DNA of 64,000 bases, taken from the NCBI RefSeq assembly GCF_964355755.1, contig NC_092673.1, positions 31,989,648 through 32,053,647 on the forward strand. The letters run 5' to 3'. The translations under genes and the position numbers were made by a program. Under the pieces are notes generated by a model. The model worked only from the letters and a program-made list of their open reading frames with translations, did no database searches and was not told the DNA's origin. Of the stretch, positions 50,353-62,550 are shown piece by piece. This DNA is from Antedon mediterranea (taxonomy: Eukaryota > Animalia > Echinodermata). Numbering within the stretch: position 1 is the stretch's first letter; every line of letters starts with the position of its first letter.

Positions 50353-50472
50353 CAGTTATTAATTGATTTTTTCCTGTCAATTGTTTCGCTGCAACATGTG
50401 CTAATTAAAGCATTATTAACTTTTTTGTTTGTTTTCCGGTCATTCGTTTCCGTGACACGTGCGAAACACAAT

Positions 50473-50982
50473 TTAAATGTCCTCGCACAACAGCTTAAAA
50501 ATAGTCTCTGAATTAATCAGGATATTTACAAGAAAATAAACGAAATGTCTATACCGAGGCAATGAATATTCTCCGTGCATATTTAGTTCGTTGTAAACGG
50601 TATCGGCTGAAACATACTTCTTATCCAGAACCTCCCGATAAAAATAGAGACTTCATACAACAGAAATCATGATCTTTTTGACTGCTCCTGTCAAATTCAC
50701 AACCATAACAAGCCGCTTTACTTAACAACCAGCACTGGGCTAACACTTGAGCAACAAACAATTGTTTAATCAAACGCTTCATTTTCAACAAAAATTCTCT
50801 CTCCACCTCGTCTACGTACGTAAATATACAACTTGTAGGCCTGTTACTCCTCTCGACTCCTTCATCTATTTCGACGGGGATAACCTCTTCGGCCTCCCTG
50901 GAACAACAGTCTCCTCATCATCGCTAATTATTATAACAGTATCTGCACAACTCCCTTGCGAAAAATATATACTTCCAGACAT
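50473..50982 (-). pseudogene. Small intronless ORF with a CYGC-x5-SQ-x2-H-x2-CC putative metal-binding motif, broken by two frameshifts
   Basis: MSGSIYFSQG..ISDDEE / EEVIPVEIDEG..KAACYGCEFDRSSQKDHDFCCMK / YREVLDKKYVS..LLCEDI*. Confidence 0.5.
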
Positions 50983-51092
50983 AGTAAAATACTGTAAAGA
51001 GATTCTACGCAAAGATAGGCAAAACAACTGGAAAATAGTACAAAAATAACCGATTCACTTTGTTACACCGTCTTAAATCGTAAATAAAGTAA

Positions 51093-51129
51093 TGACGTCA
51101 CTCACCACGTACCAGAACCTCGCGCCAAA
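51093..51129 (-). promoter_or_regulatory. CRE and E2F-like site upstream of the spacer genes
   Basis: tgacgtca 51093-51100; cgcgccaaa 51121-51129; ~110-150 bp upstream of ATG 50982. Confidence 0.45.
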
Positions 51130-51150
51130 AATTAATAATTAAGAGACAAA

Positions 51151-51448
51151 GAAACACCTGGCGGAAATTCATTAATTAAAAATAATTTGATTATTACGAA
51201 ACCAGGAAAAGAATGACCTTCATTAGAAACACCTGGCGGAAATTACATAATTATTATGAAACCAGGAAAAGAACGACCTTCATTAGAAACACCTGGCGGA
51301 AATTACATAATTATTACAATAACAGGAAAAGAATGACCTTCAATAGAAACACCTGGCGGAAATTACATAACTATTACGTAATTATAAAAAGAACGACCTT
51401 CATTAGAAACACCTGGCGGAAATTACATAACTATTACGTAATTATGAA
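51151..51448 (+). repeat. 60-bp tandem array, right copy
   Basis: gaaacacctggcggaaatt at 51151, 51226, 51286, 51346, 51406. Confidence 0.9.
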
Positions 51449-53335
51449 ATACACCAAGGTCGGGTCTGAAGTACCTCTTTTACTACTATTATATAATTAC
51501 ATGACTAGTTTTATGATTTTTCATAACAATGGAAGATCACAAATGAAACAATTTGTATTAAGATTTCTGAAAATTTGATTCTCACTAAAACTGAATGTAT
51601 GCTATTATTGTACAGTTAACTTTGACATTGTGTGTCATTTTAAGAAGCATTATTTAGTTGTTAACTTTGACATTGTGGCTCAGTTATTGTTAAGAAGCAC
51701 ATATTGAGGATCACAAAATTCACGGAATTGATTCTCACTGAAACTGAACATGCAATAGTTGTTAACTTTGACATTGTGGCTCAGTCATTTTAAGAAGCAT
51801 TCATACATTATTCACGATATCAATATCAGCACCCTGGTAACAATATTGTATAACAGTCTATAAATACACTCTGTACACAATAGCAGTCTCATCAATATGA
51901 CACTTAATACCACCAGTTGAAATATGATGGTTGTTCAATGAATGCTGGCTAGCAATCAGCATTTGATATTAACATACAGTATGAAATTAAACAAGTGTCA
52001 GCTGTATAATAGTGGTTGTGTACTGTACAGTATGAATATACATGTATAGTATTGTTACCTTACTGAATAAGTTCATGATTAAAATGAAGAATTCTTATGA
52101 AAATTAATTATTTAAGTTCAGTGGCAAACATAACAGTAAATAAATGGGACTGAACCAAAAGGACATAAGTTCACAAAGAAAAAACATATTTTTTTACCAA
52201 AATTAAAATGGAATTAGACATTAATTTTCTACATAATAATATCTATATTTAAACAATTAAACAAGAATAACAATTAATATATCAGTCCCACTTTCAATTC
52301 AGTACCAAAGTGATTAATTAATAATAATAGTTTATTTCATCCTTGATTGTCTATTTACTACTGTCATTCCCATTAAAACCATTTTCTGGCATAATTCAGT
52401 TCCTACTGCTATAAGAGTTAAAAGAAGATTCTATATTATTCTATTAGTGTATCTACAGTATCTAACATAACATAAAATGAAACACAGATATGGAATTTAG
52501 TTTAAATTATTTTAATTAAACTATTTAAAAAGAAAAAAACAAATTTTTACTCCAGCAAAATAAATATGTAAAATACTGCATAAATAACACAATAAAACGA
52601 ATGTATTCATGTATAAATATTACTTGTGTACTTGATAAGTGATGTGATGTTTCTTAAAATGATTCTACAACTAAAGGATAACTAAATTTTAAAATTACAC
52701 CAATTAATTATTTTCCAATTATAATTGGTTGAAATGAAACAAATGAATTTGTCGTCATACTGTACAAACAGATTAAACAAATGGTGGTGTGCAAAGTTCA
52801 ACAGCATAGCAACTTCCTCTGACAACTCCCATGTCAAACACACTTCATATGTTGTATTCTCAAACAAGAAAGTTGAATGATGTAGATGATGGGTGGAATA
52901 ATTTGGCAAATTTGCAAATTATCAATTCAATTCATATTTATAATGCGCAGAATTTTTTCCGAAAAGATAAGTTCTAAGGCGCAACGCCACAACTGCTAGC
53001 ACTCATAAAGTGGTTGGAATAAATATAATCTTTGTATGGTCAGTGAATCCTAAGCGACTCAGTCATCCACTTTTCAACTGAGATACACAACATCTACACC
53101 AATACAACATATGACTTTACTGTATTAAAAAACTATTCAACAAAACATTACAATATCTTACCTGGTAAACACACCTGTAGCCTCTCCATTGAGGCAACAA
53201 ATTTTTTTCTGTGTTTGTCTTAACAATTCCAATTCATCTGCTTTCTCTATTAATACTTTGCCTGATTGTTGTAAAGCTTTATTTGTGTCCAGTACTTCTT
53301 TCTATGAGATGAGAAGAGAAATAAACTTGAAGATA

Positions 53336-53370
<35 letters not shown>

Positions 53371-55008
53371 TTGTATAGCGCACATTTATACAACATATAA
53401 TTATAATCAGCGGCGCTTCACATCAATTAGTATCGTAACATTCTTTGAAATATAGTGCTTTTAAATGTTTTTTAAACTAATTATAGTCGTCTAAGTGCTT
53501 AATGTGACTTGGTAATCTGTTCCAAATTTTGGGTCCTGCTACGGCGAACGAACGGTCAGCAAATGTCTTTCGTTTAGTTCGTGGGATTGTCAGGTTATAA
53601 TTGCTGGTGCTTGAACGAGTACTGCGAGAAACATTCCGCACAGTAAGAATTTCTCTCAGGTAACTTGGAGCGGAACCTTTAAGCGAACGCCATACAAGAC
53701 ATGCTATTTTGAATTGACATCTATGAGACATCGGAAGCCAGTGCAAGGATCGCATGGCGTTAGTTGCACTGTCATACCGACCTTTCCTGACAATTATTTT
53801 CGCAGCTTGGTGCAGTAACCTCTTCATTGGAGCAAGGGTATTAGCAGGTAGACCATAATACAATGCATTGGCGTAATCAATATGTGACAGCACGAGCGAT
53901 TGAACTAGTTGTTGGCAAAGGTCCTTGGAGAGAAATTTGCGGATTTGACGAATATAGTATAAATTAACAGCTATCGTTCTGCATTTATCATGTATGTGGT
54001 TCTTGAAAGATAGCTGGTCGTCGATATTAACACCAAGGTATTTTACAGATGAACCACGTGGTATTCTGTCCTGACATACGATGATATGATCTTTCTCGCA
54101 TTTCAGGATTTGAACTCTGCTTCTTAATAGAATGAACTCTGTTTTTTCACTGTTCATTTTTAGTCTGTTGGACTTCATCCAGTCGTTGATGGATATGAGG
54201 CACTCTTGTAATTTGGTGATTGTATTTTCCATACTAGAACTAGAATTTGGATTAAATGAATCATACACTGAATGATCATCGGCATATCCCATCACAGAAA
54301 TATCAAACTTACTGATATGATCTTGTAAAGTGCTGGCATATATGGTGTATAGAACTGGACCGCATACACTACCCTGAGGTACAGAGAAGGACAAATTGGC
54401 TGTCTCCGAGTTAGTTTCGCCGATTGTTACGTTGGCAAATCGATGACGAAGGTAAGTATCAAACCAGATCAATGCCGCATTGGCCACTCCGAATTTGTTC
54501 TGCAAAACGTCGAGGAGTACTTCGTGGTTCACTGTGTCAAAGGCGGCTGACAAGTCTATACATACCAGCGCAGACACCCTTTGCAGCTCCATATTCCAGA
54601 GTACGTCATTGGTTAACTTAACCAAAGCCGTCTCTGTGCTAAAACCTTTCCGATAGGCAGATTGGTACGCCGGTAATAAGGTATTGTTCTCAACATAAGC
54701 TATGAATTGGTTCAAGCATGCGCGTTTAACCAGCTTGGATACGAAGGACAGATTGCTTACTGGCCTATAATTCCTGAGGATACATTCAACACCATTCTTT
54801 TTTATAAGCGGTTTTATAACTGATATTTTCCATCTATGAGCAAATACGCCGTTACACAACGAGTTGTTGATCATCCTTGTAATAAGTGGTAGAAGTGTAT
54901 CCAGATGCTGTTTCACCAGTGTCGACGGTAGGGGGTCAGTGGAGCAGGTTGTTGGTTTTGCGCATATGATCAACTTCCTAACATCATCTTCGCTAACTTC
55001 CTGAAATG

Positions 55009-58000
55009 GGAGCTTGTAAAAACAAAAATAAAAGAATTTTCAATTGCATACGGAAAACAAAAAAATAAAAACCAGAATAAAAAGAAAGAAAAATTACAAA
55101 AACAAATAAAAAACTTAAATGAAACAATTATGAATACTCAAAATTGTGATATAACCATTGAAAATAAAATTGAAAACAAAAAAATAGAGCTTGAAAACAT
55201 TTATAATGTAGAAGCAAAAGGCGCGCAAATTAGGTCCAGAGTAAAATGGATAGAGGAAGGCGAGCGGAATACAAAATACTTTCTTGGGTTAGAAAGATCC
55301 AAAAGTAAAAAGAAACACATAAAAAGTTTAATTACTAAAGATGGGAGCTTAGCAACGAGCCCAATTGATATTTTAAAGGAACAAATACAACATTTCGAAG
55401 GTTTATACGCAAAAAATGTTATAAACCCTGGAAAAATTAATAAATACCTTTGTAATTCTATTATAAACAAGCTTTCAGAAATAGAAAAAGAAAATTGAGA
55501 AGGTTACGTCACTATTGAGGAATGTAAAAAGGCCATTTCAATGATGGAAAAAAATAAAACACCTGGATCGGATGGTCTAAGTGTTGAATTTTATGTGTTC
55601 TTTTAGAATAATATTAAACATTTAATTTGCGATGCGTTAAATGAAAGTTATAATTCTCAAGAATTATCCTTTTCGCAAAAACGAGGTGTAATCACCCTTT
55701 TGTTCAAGGATGGAGAAAGAGAAAATTTGAATAATTGGCGTCCCATTACCCTCTTAAACACCGATTACAAAATTCTTGCACATGTATTAAGTAACAGACT
55801 TAAAATGGTTATTAAATCAATAGTAAGTTCAGACCAAAAAGGTTATATAAAAGGCCGTTTCGCTGGTGAAAACATTCGGTTAATAGAAGACCTGCTTTAT
55901 TATACAGAGTGTAATGATATCGAAGGGGCAATAATTACCGTAGATTTTAAGAAGGCTTTTGACTCTATTAGTAGAGATTTTATGTTCAATGTTCTAGAAA
56001 AGTTTAACTTTGGAATGTTCTTTTGTAACTGGGTAAAAGTATTATACAATAACGTTGAATGTGTCACAGTTAACAATGGTTGGGTTTCAAACAATTTTAA
56101 AATGGAAAGAGGTATTAGACAAGGTTGTCCTCTATCTGCTCTGTTATTCATTTTAGTGGTTGAAGTAATGGCATCTAGAATAAGAAACAAAGATGACTAT
56201 AAACTTCCAAATAATGAAAATAACATAGAAGCTAGAATAAGCCAATTAGCCGATGATACTGTTTTGTATGTTGGTAATGACAAAAGTATTAAGTCAGCAG
56301 TCAGTGTAATTGAACGTTTTTGTGAAGTATCTGGAATGACACTAAATAAAAAAAAAACCAATGCTTTTTGGATTGGTAAATGGAAGAACAGAATAGATAG
56401 ACCTTTAGAATTAAATTGGGTAAAACACCCAATCAAAATTTTAGGCATATATGTAGGGTATAATACAGAAGAATGTACCAGAAAAAACTGGGATGTTAAA
56501 TTAATAGAGCTAGAAAAGACTTTAAAACAATGGAATGCTAGAAATCTCTAAATTTTTGGTAGAATAATAATCCTGAAAAGTCTTGCACTATCTAAATTAA
56601 CATATGCTTTTTTTTTTCTCTTTCGTGGGGGTCACCCACATTTATTCATTCCTTTTACAAATATAAATTATATAACATACATACATTTTTATAAAAATAA
56701 AGAACAATAAAATGCAATATATCAGCTAAAAAGTCACTATATCTATACATGTACATAAAATCGATGGAGTAAAAGTATGCTTTAAAAACGTACATTTTAT
56801 GTTTATTGCAAGTTATAGTAAAAGTACAACTATTTATCATTTAAATTTACTTTATATTAAGAAATGTATTAAAAAGTAGCTGTTTCTTTTATTATATCTT
56901 AAATCAGTACTCACAATTTGTTTCTTTATTTCTTTTGACCTTATATTACATCCGTTACAAATATATACACACATACACACATTAATATACCTATTTACAT
57001 TTACGAATCAGTTTAATCTAGTTATTATAAACACATTATATGCTACTTTTTATGTTTTGGCCTTGTATAACATTTGTTTCATTCCACTATTTCTATTCCT
57101 TTAAAGTTCTTTTCTTACTATGTTGGCCCTTTAAAATTAACATATGCTGCAAATATCACTGATGTTCCAAAATATGTATATACAAAAGTTACAAATCTAA
57201 TATATAATTTTATTTGGAACAATAAAAGGTAAAAGATAAAAAGAAAAACTCTAATTGGTGATGTTGAGATGGGAGGCATTAAAATGCCTGATTTTACTCT
57301 TCATGTTAACGCACTCATGTGTGGCTGGTTAAAAAGAATTATGAATGATGATGGTGCTAAATGGAAAAATATTCCAATGTATTATATTAAAAAAATATGT
57401 GATGTTAATGTTTTACTTAATATGTCATGTTATAACATTATTGATGTTAATTCTGATAAAATTCTACTGTTTTACAAAAATATGATAAAAGCCTACATAA
57501 ATTATAACAGAATCTCTAAAAAAAAACCCTGAAACTTATAACGATATAATGAATGAGCAACTGTGGGGAAACCACTACGTTAAACTAAAAAAAAAAACGC
57601 TTTTCTACAAGCATTGGATTGACAGTGGCATTATCAGTATTAAAGACATTGTTAATAAGAACACTTTTTTAACATCGAACGAAATACTGGTGAAACTACA
57701 ATGTAAAACAAACTGGTTAAATGAGTATTTGTGCATTATTAAGGCAATACCAATTCAATGGAAACGTATTATTAAGGAGGTAGATATTTTCAATTGTGAT
57801 GATAATGATGAAGTAGTTGGGACTAAGTATGAGATTAATACTACCAAACTAATATACTCATGGTTTGTGAAAGAATATTTCATTATTCCAATGTCACAAC
57901 TAAAATGGGAAGAGTACTTCAATGATAACAACATTGATTGGAAAACTTCTTGGTTACGGAAAGTATGTAAAATGAAAGATAAGAAACTAGCACAATTCAA

Positions 58001-58801
58001 TTATAAGATGTTACATAGAATACTGCCTACCAACAAACGGCTGTATCAGTGGAAAGTTAAGGAAACACAAACGTGTGACAAATGTGGAGAAATTGAAAAT
58101 GAAAATCATTTGTTTTTTAGTTGTAGATTTATTCAGAAATATTGGAGGAAAATGCTTAGTATCTTTGTAAGTTTAAATCACAATAATATATCATTTAAAC
58201 AATTAATACTAGGAACGGCAGATAAGCTAATAGATTATATTTACACTTTTGCAGCATTTACTATTTATAGAATAAAAATGTTATCTGCACTAAATAAGCC
58301 AGTGGGTAAATCTTTATGGAATTCATTTAAAAGCAATATGTTATATAACATTGAATGTGAAACATATAACAATAAAGAAACAAGTATAGAAAAATGGGTA
58401 GCTTTAAGAAATAAGATTATGATAATATAAATTCTAATTTGATACGATTAACCGAAAAGGAATTACAGTGATACGGGTTACTGGTGGTACTGAGCTATTA
58501 TTGTTTTTTTTTATCATGTATATAAATATATTGTATAATCCGGGTTGTAAAATGAAAACAAACAAATGAAAATGTGTGAACTATTTTAAAACGGGATAGA
58601 TGATAATGATGATCCTGTCAAGTGTATAACAAAATATAAGAAAATTAATGAAAAAAGGAGTAATACAGAATTCATATATGTAAAAATGTTACTTATGAAC
58701 TGTAACGACATTTACAAGGTAAATAATACGATTTTATGTAATATGAGATAATATGAATGTGAATAAAAGTGGTGTTTGCGCCACAAAAAAAAAAAAAAAA
58801 A
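55009..58801 (+). mobile_element. 5'-truncated Tx1/L1-clade LINE, right arm only
   Basis: GAQIRSRVKWIEEGERNTKYF, NWRPITLLNTDYKI, DFKKAFDS, RQGCPLS, QLADD, CDKCGEIENENHLFFSC; poly(A); 14-bp TSD aacttcctgaaatg at 54995-55008 and 58802-58815. Confidence 0.93.
56609..57133 (-). mobile_element. Short 3' end of a second L1/Tx1-type retroposon inserted into the Tx1
   Basis: Poly(T) at 56608; 15-bp TSD aaattaacatatgct at 56594-56608 and 57134-57148. Confidence 0.8.
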
Positions 58802-61191
58802 AACTTCCTGAAATGCAATAAATTCATTTGCCATTAGCCGTTCTTGTTCATACAAAAGAAAGTGTTCCAATTCCTCTCGTATTTTCTCTATTTTGCCCAT
58901 AAAGTAAGATATGAAGTCGTCTGCTAACTGTTTATCAGTTTCATGTGGTGGAAGTGTGTTATTTTTACGTCTACCAATGAGCTCAAACACAATCTTGTAA
59001 AGCTTTTTTGAGTTGTTGCCAGCTTCTTTGATAGCACCCTTAATGAATTCGTACTTGGCTAAACGAAGATAACGTTTGTATGTAATGCGTAGATCATTGT
59101 AAGCTGACCTATTTTCGTCGGTGGCAGACTTCCGTAAGGTCTTCTCAGCACGACGAAGTTGCTTCTTCAACACATTAGTCTCGTCATCAAACCAAGGTAA
59201 CGATCTTCTGACAGTGGTAGTTTTCTCAACAATAGGAGCATGCTTATTCAGAGCAGCAAGTAGGTGAGTGTTGTAGTGATTTGCCAAATCGTCGATATCA
59301 TCGATATTCGTTGATGATATAACTACTTGAGACAAAGCTTCATCAAAGTTCGTGTGATCTATTTTATTTATCTTTCGAAACTTTTTCTTTTGACGGTAAC
59401 ATTTCGGTTTTGGTCTCGATAAAATATTCTCTACAAAACAATGGTCACTGATGTAATAATTTGAAACGGGCTCGGTAACACAAAGAGTGTCCTTACCCCT
59501 CGTTATTAGCAAATCAAGAGTATTTCCCGAACGATGTGTTGGGAAAGACACGTGTTGATCAAGATTTAAACACTCAAGTACATCGTCAAATTTTATTTTA
59601 TCCGGGTCATTGCTGCTGTTCATATGAATGTTGAAGTTACCCGAAAATATTACAGAACTATGTAACGATAGAATATCCGAAGCATATTCTGCGAATTCAT
59701 CATAGAAGGTGGCAGTACTAATGGGTCTGACGGTGGTTAACAGACAAATGAAAGAATATTTTACTATTACTCTGTACACTGCTACTATGTGCTATATTGC
59801 ATAATAACAAATGTTCAGAATGTGTCAATCATAGCATTTAACAGACCTGAACAGACTGCCATCATATTAATTAAAATTGATTTTAAAATAAAACGATCAA
59901 AATGTTCCTTTTAAGGAAATGTTAATAATTGCAATTTCCTATTGTGCCTCATTTAATTTCCTCACTCAAACATATTGACATGTCTCCAAAATGGTTGCAA
60001 ACAATCTATTTTTTCACAAAATTCTCAAAATAAATAGTTTTTATTATTCATGTACTGTAGCTTTGTGTTAAATACACTTTTTAAATTATTAACCAATTCA
60101 ATTAATAACAATATATTGTTTTTACTACTGTGAAATACACTTTATGTTTCTGACATTAATGTGAGCTTCTCTTAATGTAGGCATTTAACTGTTAATCACT
60201 TCAACACATGATATATCAATGTGCCATTTTGGAAATGTGCCATTATTCACAGGTTATGTATGTTCCTAAGAACATGACATTCACATTCACATTAGTCTCT
60301 CACATCAAGTGGAAAAAAAAACATTGAGTACTGTAATATGTTAATTTATTATTTTAAATTCTAAAATAAAAATGAATGGGTTAATGAGTGAGTTAAAGAT
60401 TGAGCAGATAATAAATGGTGGATAATTGAACGAATGAGTGGCTATAACAAGAAGTAGAGTAGTGGGTTCCTGATGGTGAACTTGTGGGTACTGTACTGTA
60501 GATCATTAAATTATTATAACTAATTATTTAGTCATTAGAGCATTTTGCACACACAACTACATTCTATCTGAAAGAAACTATAGTATTATCATTGTTGTAA
60601 TGAGAAAAACCATATAATGTCCATAACTATAGCCTACTGTATGATGTAGTAGGTTTTTATAATTTGAATTTATAAGATGCAATAAAAAGGTATGTACCCT
60701 GTATGTACACAGAAACACACAAAAATACATTTTACATATAAATACAGTGACTTACCATCCAATACTTCAACTGAAGTATAGTTAGTAAGTACAGCAGTAA
60801 AGTACTAAATTGATTGAAAGACTGGTGTACAGTAAGAAACTTTTTTCTAATTACATTAAGTCTCTCTGCATGTATTCTGACACTAAGCAACTCTCCTATA
60901 CTATCCACAAAACCTTGGTGATGAAAATTCCACATGCGTTCAATATCGCGGTCGTGTTCCGAGATTCTCGTTTCCAGATGAACTTTTTAGCAAATCAAAC
61001 ATGTACACCACCAGGGAACGCTTTCAAATCTATTTTCTCTTCTGATTGAATGTACTGTATTCCTACAGCTAAAGCAGACTTTATGTATGTTTACCACTAA
61101 CTGTGTGTAATATCAGAATTGAAGATCAAATAACTATATGCATGACTCACCACATCATGAATATTCATTAAATAAAGGTTAGTGCGATTCT

Positions 61192-61430
61192 ACATTTGGA
61201 AATTACCTGACATCAATATGATGGATTATGATTATAGATTTAAAAAAGAATTGGAACACGTAAGCTACATTTGAAAATTACCTGCCATCAATATGATGGA
61301 TTATGATTATAGATTTTAAAAAGAATTTGAACATGTAAGCTACATTTGAAAATTACCTGCCATCAATATGATGGATTATGATTGTATAGATTTAAAAGAA
61401 AATGTGAACAGGTAAGCTACATTTGGAATG
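61192..61430 (+). repeat. ~70-bp minisatellite downstream of the Academ gene; inverted counterpart at ~62940-63256
   Basis: tacatttgaaaattacctgccatcaatatgatggattatgattatagatttaaaaaagaa x3-4. Confidence 0.8.
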
Positions 61431-62550
61431 AACATGTTAAGGGCATCAGTTTAAGATCATTCATGCAAAGGTTTCCGTCATCTTTAGCGTTGTTACAGCG
61501 GCATAAAGCTGTACATGGTAGTTTTGACTTCTTGCACCTACATCTATTGGTTATGCATCGTGTCTTGCATCCACAATAAATCATCTCTAACGAAGCAGTA
61601 GGAATAGCTTCATTTTTCAGAAGCACTGGTTGAAGTTTACCATTAGATAGCTCCCAACCAAAATCTGTTGGTGATGGCAAATGCTGGATTGGCGATACAG
61701 CTTTTTTCCATACGAGTGCTTGGAAGTGTGCTCTTTTTATATGTTGGTGCACTGCATCACTTGTTGGAGGTAATGCCTATAGTTTTTTGTTTTTTTTCAA
61801 AAACCTAACTTCATTGGTACTTTTAACTTGACCAACACCGTAAACGTAGCAAATGAATCTTTCCGATTTCATAATAACTTGGTCACTGATAGGTTTTTTC
61901 CCATGTCTTTAATTAGTTCATAATTTTTGTTTAATACTTCCCATGCCGATGCATTTGAGTGACCACTTAGATATGAACAGGGAAGAGTTAAATTACTGTA
62001 TGTATGTATTAATGTAATTTAACTCTTCCATGGATATGAGGTAGTATCGCATCCACTAATAGTGTGGAATGGAATCAGTGCTTTTGCATAACCCTCGGGC
62101 AAGGCTTGAAAAATGTCTTTTATAGATACTTTCTTTTTTTGGATGTCCCTGTCATCATCCATTTGGATACCATGCTTTGGTAGTGAGACACTAGAATCAC
62201 ACGTCTGTATCCCTAGAAGCAACACAACTGTGTCGTATCGGACATTGGCAGCATGACAAGTCTCGTGTCCGATTCTTCATGATCTGCGACCAGAGACAAC
62301 GTAGACTTTTGATGATTTAACAACTGATTCTTTCATAAATCCACCAGCTGTGACAATTTCTTTGTCTATAGGAGCTTGACGAATCAACTCCTCTGATAGA
62401 AATCGTGCCAGATCTGCTTTATTATCTTGTAATGCCAAAAAGTTTGACCAGCAATTTGGCAGCGGTATTTCATCACTTTCTATAATTCGACGAATTGGTC
62501 TCTGTGTTTTGGTTCATCTTTGTCTAGTGGTGTCCTTTATCGACAGTTTT
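61417..62550 (-). pseudogene. AcademX-type transposase C-terminal remnant (XPG-like nuclease + Cys-rich tail)
   Basis: WSNFLALQDNKADLARFL, DHEESDTR, ALIPFHTISGCDTTSY, LPPT..HIKRAHFQALVWK..LPSPTDFGW..CGCKTRCITNRCRCKKSKLPCTALCRC. Confidence 0.78.

Larger units (their letters stand above)
53337..59736 (-). mobile_element. L2/CR1-group LINE, right copy, split by a Tx1 insertion
   Basis: ORFs 58712-59779 and 53477-54973 nearly identical to the left-copy ORFs; same 5' truncation point and (TAA)n tail. Confidence 0.92.
53162..60990 (-). pseudogene. EXOC6: EXOC6 two-exon fragment, right copy (~60990-60855; 53301-53162)
   Basis: RMWNFHHQGFVDSIGELLSVRIHAERLN|KEVLDTNKALQQSGKVLIEK..; same +1 frameshift before VASMERLQVCLP as the left copy. 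Confidence 0.82.
51015..61191 (-). repeat. Right arm of giant inverted duplication
   Basis: Reverse complement of 35282-45335; duplicate ORFs, e.g. 43805-44032 vs 52682-52909 are identical. Confidence 0.95.

Noticed and set aside
51151-51448. 60-bp array as a CRISPR-like repeat-spacer array
   Set aside because: The intervening sequences are variants of one another rather than unique spacers, the context is eukaryotic, and no cas genes are present.
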